From Seison nebaliae (Eukaryota): a stretch of 36,301 bases of DNA. Shown here piece after piece: positions 1-10,363 of this stretch. The stretch is from NCBI GenBank assembly GCA_023231475.1, contig JALJEE010000325.1, positions 1 through 36,301 on the forward strand, given 5' to 3'. The translations under genes and the position numbers were made by a program. The stretch's first letter is position 1; every line of letters starts with the position of its first letter. Under the pieces are notes generated by a model that did not search any database, had not been told where the DNA came from, and saw only the letters and a program-made list of their open reading frames with translations.

Positions 1-35
1 GTATATTTATAAGTTAAATAATAAAAATAATTCTT

Positions 36-510
36 ACATGGACAAATTATAAACATGGACAACATGTTTGGTGTTGAGAATGAGAATAGGAATATTTATT
101 TTACATAAAAAATTATTAGAAAATTATTAAACGAAAGTTGATTTCGCACATCGGTAATGTGTTTTTCATGATTTGTACGTCTTCTGATGGTGGTATATCT
201 GATCCTCTATTATTAATACGTCTTTTTTCTTCATAGATTTGATAAAATAGAAGAATGAAGAAGTTTGTTCGTAAAACTCAATCGGAGGCGCCAATGTATT
301 CGAATTCATCGTGTTAAAATTAACTGGCTGATAATTTAAAAGATGGTGTTGCCAATTATTTTAATTGAAGTTAATTTATACATATAAACTATTGTAAGTT
401 CCTATTTATGTTTTCTCATTTATATTTTGTCCATTTTAAGATTATTACTGTATAATCTACCGTGTAATAGTTAAAAGAGATCTTTGTCCATTTCGTTAAA
501 AGTCCCCCTA
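36..510. mobile_element. Possible decayed DNA transposon fragment running off the left edge
   Basis: ATGGACAA occurs twice at ~38-62 and its inverse TTGTCCAT twice at ~427-492. The right end reads TAGGGGGACTTTTAACGAAATGGACAAA on the minus strand, which is TIR-like and TA-bounded. An internal ICTSSDGGISDPLLL peptide (~171-215) weakly resembles pogo DDE transposases. Confidence 0.3.
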
Positions 511-578
511 TTATTATCATTCTCATTATATTTATATAAATGAAATTTATTAACAAAGTTTTTTTTGAAATAAAAAAT

Positions 579-780
579 AGGTTTACTTCATTCTTTTTCT
601 ACCAAAAACTAGGAATTTTGTTTTTTAAAGCAAATGGGTTAACTTCTTTCTTTTTTGGGAAAAGAGGGTTAACTTCTTTCTTCTTTGGGAAAAGAGGGTT
701 AACATCTTTCTTTTTGGCAAGGTTAACATCTTTCTTTTTCGATGAGTATGGGTTAACTACTCCTTAAAGGTTAACTCCTT
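579..780. repeat. Degenerate ~30-bp tandem repeat with GGTTAAC core
   Basis: (G)GGTTAAC cores at 636, 666, 696, 721, 750 and 769, the first four followed by WTCTTTC, with a degenerate copy near 580. The first units are spaced exactly 30 bp apart. Confidence 0.85.
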
Positions 781-1450
781 TCACCAATTCGCTATAAACT
801 GCACGAAAATTATTACCTCACTATGTACTAAATCATTAAAAGTTTGATAAAAAGATAAAATGATAAGTGGTTCGTCTCCCAAAAGACATGAACTCAGTTC
901 ATTGAATTGAGTTTAAACAACTTCTTGTTTTTATTGTTCCAACTTGATTGTCCAAATTTGTCTTACTAGTTAGTAGTTAGTTAAATACAATGCTTAACAT
1001 TTACTAAATACTTAGTTAGAAATATCTGCAATCAATCAGGAATTTTGGAGCATTATTAATTTTTCTTCATTTTCCCTTATGATTATCCATTATCATCATA
1101 TTCCATTTAAATAACAAATTATAATAATAATGTATGTCTAAAGATATCTTATAAATACCTTATAAGATTAATATATACATAAGTAAATTTCTTTAAAAGA
1201 TTTTCTCAAGGAGCAATTGTAACCGATTCAAAGTGGATATATGAGTATTGAAATTAGATATTAACCTAATATAAAAGTCAAACATTTCAACATAGAATAA
1301 TTATATTTATCATTATTATTAGTCAGATGTTTTAAACGTAAAATAATGTAAGAAATAGAGAAAGAGAACGATTATGAGAAGATGACGAATAAAATAATGT
1401 TTATTCCAAATTTCTTTTTGCTTCCTCAAACCACAACTTCAAGAAAGCAG

Positions 1451-1463
1451 ATTGCTAGGTAAC
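1451..1463. promoter_or_regulatory. Candidate RFX X-box
   Basis: ATTGCTAGGTAAC (rc GTTACCTAGCAAT) is one mismatch from GTTACCTAGCAAC and lies ~175 bp upstream of the ATG at 1638. Confidence 0.35.
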
Positions 1464-1637
1464 GAGCAACAAACAATTAAAATTTTTAGTTGAATTAATA
1501 GTAAGAATTTATGAAATAAAGTAAAGCAATACGAGAGTTGCTTCCTTCTCCATCGTCATGTTACCAAATTGTAGTAAGAGTTAGAGAGAAAGATTTGATC
1601 GATTAATCCAATTCTTTAGTTATGACTCACTAATTCG

Positions 1638-2201
1638 ATGAAATCAAATGTTAAAGAAAGAAACAATAACTACTTAGAACCATTAACGTACAAACGAGAT
1701 AATCAATTTCTATCAATGCAATCGAAACATAATAAACTGTATGATTCAATGGAATTGTTTACTAAACCAAAATCGGTGTTGAAGAATCATTATGTCACGT
1801 CATCTCATCGGACTAAACAATATACCAAATCTGAAGTATTAGAATACTATGATCGTTACTATGGGAACGATGAGTTTATAATGAACAAGAACCGAAACCG
1901 AATTGTAATGAATTATAATTATGATATAATTAATTCCAATAATGTTAATGAAGAACCTCGACAGAATATCATTAATTTACATTTTAAACTATCAAACAAA
2001 TTACTCTCAGAACCATCAAATAAGACGTTTAATCAATCAACTAAATCAGAAGAATCAAATTTAACGGAAATATCCTCGTTAAACACTTGTCGTACTTGTG
2101 GATCAGTTTGTCGTTGTTGTCGAATTTACATGAAGAAATTACGACAATATTCGAAGCAATTACATGAATCATTTCATTCATCAAATGTAAATGAAGATTA
2201 A
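1638..2201 (+). CDS. Hypothetical 187-aa protein, N/S-rich, with a C-terminal Cys cluster
   Basis: ATG-started 564-nt ORF in very AT-rich DNA, not antisense to another gene. It contains CRTCGSVCRCC near the C-terminus. No family recognised. Confidence 0.6.
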   Translation: MKSNVKERNNNYLEPLTYKRDNQFLSMQSKHNKLYDSMELFTKPKSVLKNHYVTSSHRTKQYTKSEVLEYYDRYYGNDEFIMNKNRNRIVMNYNYDIINSNNVNEEPRQNIINLHFKLSNKLLSEPSNKTFNQSTKSEESNLTEISSLNTCRTCGSVCRCCRIYMKKLRQYSKQLHESFHSSNVNED

Positions 2202-2242
2202 ATTAAAATGAATATTCAACAAAATATTTTTATAAACAATCT

Positions 2243-3721
2243 TCAAGAGTAATCAGAATAATCAGAAATAGAACCATCATCTCTTTCATAAGTTTTGTAT
2301 TCATCTACCAAATTATTGGCACTTTGTTCTGCCGAAAGAAATTCGTCTTCTGTCATTCCTTCCCCAGTATACCAATGGAGGAAAGCGCGTCGTCTAAACA
2401 TTTTCGTATATTGGTCAAGAATTTTGCGGAAAACCGATTGTACAGCGGTCGTATTAGCAATGAATGTCGAAGTTATTTTCGCTCCTCGTGGTGGAATGTC
2501 ACAGATGACGGTTTTCAACTACAAAAAAGAAATTTTCAATTTTTTCACAAAACTCTTCAAAATTTAACATTGTTTGGAATGAATTGGGCGAAATATCTGG
2601 AATTGGATCTTTGGACCATTGCCATTTCTGTGTCAACTTCTCTCGTACTAAGTCGTCCACGAAATACACCAGCCGCTGTCAAATATTTTCCATTTGTCGG
2701 TTCGATATTTGCCATAATATTCTTAGCATCAAACATTTGAGTAACTAATTGATGGATATTAATTGCACGATACGGTTGATCAGATCGTGCAGTTAATGGT
2801 GCATAACCCGTCACCAAGAAATGGAGACGAGGAAACGGAATCATATTCGTTTGAATTTTCCTTAAATCGGCATTCAATTGTCCAGGAAATCGCATGGATG
2901 ATGACACGCCGGTCATTACAAGTGAAATGAGACGATTCAAATCACTATAAGATGGTTTTGTTAATTTGAGAGTTCTAGTACAAACATCATAAATTCCTTC
3001 GTTATCTAAAATGAATGTCTCATCAGAGAATTCCAATAATTTCTCGATAGTCAAAACTGAATTATATGGCTCGACAACTGTATCACTGACTTTGGGCGAT
3101 GGATAAACACTATACGTACACAATACACGATCAGGATATTCATCTTTAAAATAAGACATTAATAATGAACCTAATCCTGCACCAGTTCCTCCAGCAACCG
3201 CATGACAAAGTTGAATTCCTTGAAAACAGTCACAATTTTCGATCTCCTTCCTCACAATATCCAACATAGGATCTAAAATTTCAAGACCATCAGTGAGGAA
3301 ACCTTTCGCCCAATTATTACCAGTGCCACCTTGACCTTTGAAACAATTATCAGGTCGAAATAACATGCCCATCGGTTCTGCTCTAATCTGATCGATTTGC
3401 TGTGTGTCTAAATCAACTAATATTGATCGCGGAACATATTTACCTCCTTTTACAGATTAATTTTTCAATTTTTTTTTATTTAAAATTAATATAAACCAGC
3501 TGCTTCTGTAAAATAAACATTTAGACGTTCTAATTGTAAATCGGATGTTCCATGAAATCTTCCCGTTGGATCGATTGCATGTTCATCACAAACCGACTCC
3601 CAAAACTTAAAATTATTTCAAAATTTTTATAGAGAACGTTTTATTGAATTATTGAGGAAACTCTATGGCCGATTTGCAATCCAGCGTTTCCCAATTGAAC
3701 AACTAATAATTCACGAACCAT
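2243..3721 (-). CDS. TUBB: Divergent beta-tubulin, ~440 aa, 4 exons (3721-3662, 3605-3497, 3446-2569, 2518-2243)
   Basis: Spliced translation: [35 protein letters not shown]...EAAG|GKYVPR...GNNWAKG...[11 protein letters not shown]...PFPRLHF...[16 protein letters not shown]...[20 protein letters not shown] introns at 3606-3661, 3447-3496 and 2519-2568 restore the frame. Confidence 0.95.
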
Positions 3722-4207
3722 ATCAGAAATGAAAATGAAAAGGAAAAAGAAAGAAAGAAAATTAATATTTCGTATTAATTTTAACTAGATTATCAAATTG
3801 AATATGTAACAAACGTAAAGAAATTGTATGTTAAAATCGATGATAAAATCTCCATCAAATTCTTTTCATATCATCTTCCATCTATTCACAATGGAATAAC
3901 AGATTAAAATTCATATTCTTTTCTATAAACAATTTTGCTAAATTGAAAAAAATTATTTTAATCCTTAGAAATTATTTAAATAATTGAAATAACTCTAATT
4001 ATTTGATGTTTGTTGATAAAAAAGATAAGTAATGATAAAATCATCTTTTATTCTAGCTAGATAACTTTCCTCAAATTTTCAATTATTTGAAATTTCTCAA
4101 CTAATAATTTAACTCAAATAGAGTAGAAAGAAGATGGTAACACAAGTTGTAAGATTTGCTTTATTTTTTTTTTGAATATATTCTAAATATTTGTCGAAAT
4201 GTTTTAA

Positions 4208-4270
4208 GAATATTGACAACAGAACGAATTTGAGTGAATATTGACAACTAAGCGAATTTCAATGAATAGT
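4208..4270. repeat. 28-bp tandem duplication (~2.3 copies)
   Basis: GAATATTGACAAC...CGAATTT at 4208 and 4236, with a partial copy at 4264. It lies just 3' of the coiled-coil gene stop. Confidence 0.7.
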
Positions 4271-4281
4271 GTTCGAATAAT

Positions 4282-6730
4282 TTATGAGGCTGATAAGGAA
4301 ATATTATTATTATTATTGATTTCTGATAATAATAATAACTCGTCACTTATTGCATCATCATCAAAATCGGCGAAATCAAATAATGATTCATAAGATCGTC
4401 GAATTTGATTAATATAATTTTTATAAGACGAATTTTCGGAGGTTAGTTGTTGAACTTTCTTCAAATAATCCAATCGTTCATCCTCCAATTTATCTATCGA
4501 TGTCCGTTGTAATTCCTTCTCTTTATTCAATGTCATTTGCAATTTATCTAATTCGAATTGGAGTTGAGCTACTCGATTTCTATTTATCTCGTCTACATAT
4601 AACGTCGCATCCTCATTAAGACGTTGCTGATAATTGGAACGATGAGAGTATTCCTGATTTTCGGATCGACCTGATCTTTTTGAATGTCGATTGGATGATA
4701 AGGGTGTACGATTTCTATAAGACGTTTGTTGATCTTTTGTTTGAGGAGAATCCTTATCAAATAAATAATCATTCTCATTCTTCTCCTGTTTAAGGTGGTT
4801 GATCTCATTCAACATTTGTTTCATTTCATGCCGATATTCCATATTGATCCCATTCAATTCTTCGATCTCATTCGAAAGATTCTCATTCTTTTTATTCAGT
4901 TTTCTTATTTCATTTTGTTCTATGTCGATTGGAGGATAACGATCAAATTTCCGATAAGAATCATTTGTCGTTCTCTTCAATTCACTTAACTTTAACATTT
5001 CTATTTCATCCTTTAATACATCAATCTCTCGATAAGTATTATCTAATTCATTATTCAATTGATCATTAGTAGAATGTTTCATTTCATTTATCTCATTTCT
5101 CAATGAAACATTCTCTCTCTTCAACATTTGTAATTGCACATCATTCTCTATTAATTTAGTGGAAAGATTCGCTTTCAATTTACCTCGTTCAACACTGAAT
5201 AAATGAAAATAATGAAAGAATTAGTAATGTTAACCATTTATCTTTATTAGTAAGAAGTTCAGTTATTTGATTAGTATTGATGAAACTTCCATCAATTAAA
5301 CGATGAAACACTTCATTCTCCTTTCTCAATATGTCGCTCTCATTATTCGCGTTAGATGATTGATTCGAAGTCTCTTTCAATCTCTCCTCCAATTCCACTG
5401 CACGATTCTTATGCATTCGAGCAGCATTCTTCAATTTAGAGAAACGTTCAACAACCGTCCTCTTCTCCTCATTACACGATTCGAATGCTGAAAGTTTCGT
5501 CTCTAAATCTTTCGCTTTCTTTTGTAACGACTAATAAAGAAATGTTTAACAAGAATTTTGAAATTTGAGAGAAAAGAAAATTAACGGAATTTGATGCTTT
5601 CAATCGATTAATTTGTGCAGTTTGTGAAGTGTTTTGACGTAAATGTTGTTGTTGTAAATCATTCTCCGATTTCTTCCATTTCTGACATTGCTCTTCTAAT
5701 TGTTTCAAACGATTCTCTAATTGTCGTTTCGATTCGGTTGGGAGGACGTCGTTCAATGGATAATTCTCTTGTTCAGAATGAATTGGCTCATACTTCCTCT
5801 CATCATTCTCCATCAATCGATGATAAGATTTTAAATCTTTTAAAAATTTCTGTAATAAATCTTCATAATTCATTAATTCTTCTCTCGTCACATTGGGCAT
5901 GAGACGAATTGGTTTTTTATTTTTTTTAAGAAATGTTTCGGAGAATTCTCGAAGTTGTTCCTCATATTTCTCTCGAAACTTTCTCGTTTGTCTTATTAAA
6001 CTCTCAATGAGTTGCTTCTCCGTCAATGTCTCATCCATCGAGATGTTAGTGAAAGCATTACTGATAATGGGTGACGAATTGAATTTTTTAATGTTTGGAA
6101 TATCTTCTGGTTGTAAATTGAATGATCTTGGCGATGTTAATTCGATGGGCATAATTGATGAATAATCTATAAATTTCTTACATTTTCTCAAATTGTCATC
6201 GCCTCGAATATTCTCGTTGGAGAAACAAAGATTCTTTAATTTGTCATCCGTCAATTTACTTTCCTCGACAGAAACATCTCTCATCATTTCCTTTTTCTTC
6301 CAATTCCTCTCCTCCATCGACGATAAGAGTGATGCTTTTAAGAATTTATCATTTATCTCTTCTATTCGTTTCTGTAAATTACAATTGGATTTATTTGTCA
6401 AATAATTCTCTTTCATCGGTAAGGAATTAGATCGTTTCAATGAATCACAACCCATCATCATCATCATCTGTTTCTTCTTCTTCTTGAGATCTGGTGTAGA
6501 AGTTAATTGTTTCGAATTCGAATTACTTCTATTCATTCTCATTACTGGTACGCTAGCACCGGATTTTTTATGGAAAGAAACTGAATTGACTTGTGAGTTT
6601 AATTTTCTTTTCACATTTCGATCTCTCTAAATGAAATTGATATTAATGGAATGAGTAATTGGAAGAAGGAAAAGGAAACTTCCCAGGAAACATTTGGTTT
6701 CGTTTTCGATAGATAATTCTTCATTCTCAT
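4282..6730 (-). CDS. Uncharacterised coiled-coil protein, ~766 aa, 4 exons (6730-6680, 6626-5586, 5530-5235, 5194-4282)
   Basis: Three long ORFs are joined in frame by GT-AG introns at 5531-5585 and 5195-5234, with a putative first intron at 6627-6679. The C-terminal half is E/K/L/Q-rich with heptad character. The first exon is less certain. Confidence 0.8.
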
Positions 6731-9700
6731 GACACTTCGTCTATTAACGATATTCCCGTTCCGATGTCACATCAATCGTCACGGTTACCAATCATTAATG
6801 TTCATTGATTATTTTAAGAGGATAAGTAAAGAATTATTTTTTTTAATTTGAAGCTTTCTCTAACGTATCAAATAAATGATTTGATTGGAAACGGAAACTA
6901 TGGAAAAGAAGAAAAATGAACATTCTTCATATTCTCGAAGCGAAAAATTTTTATTTAAAAGGAAATTTCTTCTTCCTTTCAAACGAGCGATCGATTGTTC
7001 GCTTGTTCGTTCGTTTTATGAATCAACAACGAAAACTTTTCATGTCAATTATTTAGTGGGATAATTGGAAGAAATTAAATTGACTTACCATTCTAACAAT
7101 TCACCTAGGAAGTCGCCTTCGGGGAATTTCTAATTAAAATTCTTTTTCTCTCTCTTTTCCTCTAAAATTGTCTGTTAATTCATTCTTTTCTCACCTCCGA
7201 ATACTCAACTGGGAAATTGTTGAGGAGCGATAAAGATTTCTCTTCAAAATATTTCAAGATAAGTTTACAGGAAGTCCATCGTTACGGAATTTCATTTAAC
7301 GAGAATTAGTTATGTCATCAATTGAAATGATGATACTCGACGTCCATTTTGGAGAATGTTAATGACTTTTATATCAAATCGTCCCTCAACTATTTATCTG
7401 ACATTGTCTATCGAATGTTTACCTAAATCATTCGTAATGATGTCCATCTTATCTTGTCTCTCTCATCAATCTTTTCAAAGTCACATAATTTATTTAATTA
7501 TTTATTATATTCCCAATTTAATTCAATTCACTTTTTCAATTATTCCATTTCTTACAATTTCTTCTAAAGATGGAATATTTATCGTTTTCTTTCTATTCTT
7601 TTATCATTCATTCTTCCATCACCTCATCGTTAAATAAAGAGGAACGACATTTAAATAACGATATTGTTGGAAAGGAAATTTTTTTATAATTATTCAAAAT
7701 TCTTTCCATTTTCTTCTCCATTCCCGCAATCCGTTGGAGAAGGAAATGTTTATCATCGTCACGATGATAAATTATATGATTGTTGTCGGTCATTTATTTG
7801 CGTGCTTAAGAAAAGGGAAATGATGAAGGTGATTACGAATTCAAATAATTGTTTAGGTGAAAAGAAATATAAATATGTATTAGTCATCTTTATTATTTGT
7901 ATTAATGAAGGAATGTAATGTCAAAGTAATTCTCTCTCTTATCATTCCCTCCTTCTGATTTCCACTCAATGTTTTCAATCATTTTTTAGGTGAAACATTT
8001 TTTTCTTACAGACAATTATTTATGTATGATAGGAAAGATGATTAGATGAATAAGGAAAATATTTCGAATGATATCAAATAAAAAGAAAAGAAAATTAAGA
8101 ATGATTATTAAGTAAGAAAATGAAGATAGATGTTATGTTGGAGAATAAATGAATTTTAATGAAGAGATAATAATTTGCATAAGAAGATTGCGTTCCGATT
8201 GATGAGGGTCATTTGATATAATGTCCAAAAAAAACAAGATAATTTAAAGTTGCGCGGATGAGTTGAGGAATCTATTAGAATCTATTCGTGAGATTTCTCC
8301 CTACTCTCACATCAATTTCAATTCAACCAGAATAATTGAATACATGAGATTTTTGAATAATATTGTTTGGAGAGATTGTTAGATATGTTTAAATGAAAAG
8401 AAATTTACGATACTACTTTCATTGTATTAAGAAAGTTTGGAAGGAAGAAGAATTCATCGTTTTCGAAAGAATTTTTTGGATAAAATGATAGTGCATTTAA
8501 AGGGGAAATGATAAAGAAAAATAGATTAAGATATGAATTTATAAAATTACTTACACGTTCCCATATTGGAATGATGATCAATAACGAATATGATGATGGA
8601 ACAGTATTGGAATTGTAATGCAATGAATGAAAAGAACTCGTAAAATAATGTAGGAGGACGTATCAAAGAGGAGAAATATCTACACGCACACACATACACA
8701 CACAAACACACCCCCATAAATGTGTGTGAAGAATGTGGAGGGAGTGAGAGAGCGAGCATTTCAACTAATTTACACATCATCTTCCATGTATAGGACTCAT
8801 GGAAAGTAACTGATCCTGTGGATGATTAAGGCGTGACTAGCGCCGTCTGCAATAAGAGACGTGAATGAACGGATTTCAATTGTTCAGCTTGTGCCTTCTC
8901 CTATTTTCCACTCTTTTTTTTGTGTTCATTCGAATTAGAAACTATTCGAGAAACGATCAAGCAAATTGTTGAGAAAGAAATGAATAAGAATATGGAAAAT
9001 TTTCCTTCAATTTTATTTTGCAGAATTATTAAAATCTTTCATGTCCTTCTCATCTCTTATGTTTCGTTCTGATTTTTATGAAATTGATAAAGTAAATTAT
9101 TCGAGTTGTCCGTGTGCCAAACAAAAGAAACATTTATTTGTTTATAAGTCTATTACTGTCCGTGAGAGTTTGGATGAAGGAAATATCTTTCGATATTTTT
9201 CTCGCGAATGAATTACTTTGATTATAGAAACGATTGTTCTATAAGAAAATTATCAATTTCCTTCAAATTACCTTCAGCTATTGAATAATTTGTGTGGATT
9301 GTTAATGTGGTAACGTTTTGATAGGGCAGAGAATACATTATGTGTGGAAAAGAATAATAAGTGTGAGTTGTTTAGTCGTAGAATTTGTATAATGTGAATT
9401 CCATCTCTCTTCCCACGTCTTACTCACTGAATGGAAGATAGAAGATAGAAGATGAAATTCCAGTACATCACTCTTATCATAATCGATGGAATATATTGTT
9501 AGATCATCAATAAGTGGATGTGAGTGGGAATTGATTGAACTAGTAAACTTTTCTTGATGAGAATGAGAAAGAGTTTGAATGAGAATTTAAATTTCATGAA
9601 AAGTCTCAGTTCAAATAACCGGCTCGATTTTATAATTAGTCCATTAATTTTTATTTGTTTTCTTTCGTCTTTACCGTTTGCTGATCGATCTTGATTTCTC

Positions 9701-10363
9701 TCAATCATCTACATAATATTTATCGATTTCCGTTATCTATTAATTGCAATGTGTCGATTATATGATCTGTTCTTTCCGTTTGCAAACGGAACATGCGGTT
9801 ATGTTGGAGACGATTGTAAATTGGTAAAACAGAATGAATAATTTCGATTTGGAAGAATATAAGTTAAGAGAAATGGATAGAAGATGAATTGAATTAATAA
9901 TTTGTGTTTCATTCTAATTTTTTTCTTCTACTTATCTATCAAATTCATCATCATTTGTCATTATTTTATTACAATCTTTTTCTTTCTCTCTCTCTCTCTC
10001 TCTTTTTATTTTATTTTTCTAAATCTTCATAATTTATCATTATAAGAAATTTCTTATATCTTATTATTGAAACAAAACATAATTTTTCTTTGATTAACTG
10101 AATTTAGAATTTTAAATTATTTTTGTTGATCATGTCGAATGAAGAATGAGAAGATTGTCTTAATATTCTCAGACACGATCCGACGTGTAATTCTCTTCTA
10201 ATTCTTCCTGTTGTTCACATAGAAATTCTTCTAATTTGTTTGTTGATTTTATTGTTTGTTAGACGGAAATTATATTTTTCAGTTTAAAAGAATATTTCGA
10301 AGATCAGAGGAAAAATTGAGAACTATATTATAAATATTCAATTAATTATTACTCAAAAGCCGA

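Noticed and set aside
540..780. 75-aa ORF and CRISPR-like look of the GGTTAAC array
   Set aside because: The ORF is a by-product of the tandem repeat. The 'spacers' are short and similar to each other, the context is eukaryotic, and there are no cas genes.
2243..3721. Tubulin (and likewise FLII, HGH1, GMC) as frameshifted pseudogenes or recoded genes
   Set aside because: Every break is explained by a short AT-rich GT-AG intron that restores conserved sequence.
2243..3721. Gamma-, delta- or epsilon-tubulin assignment
   Set aside because: GNNWAKG, NADLRK, CDIPPRG and [16 protein letters not shown], together with the intron positions, indicate beta.
7356..9708. Short ORFs between the coiled-coil gene and IP6K
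   Set aside because: All are under 100 aa, F/I/L-rich as expected from AT-rich non-coding DNA, and show no motifs.
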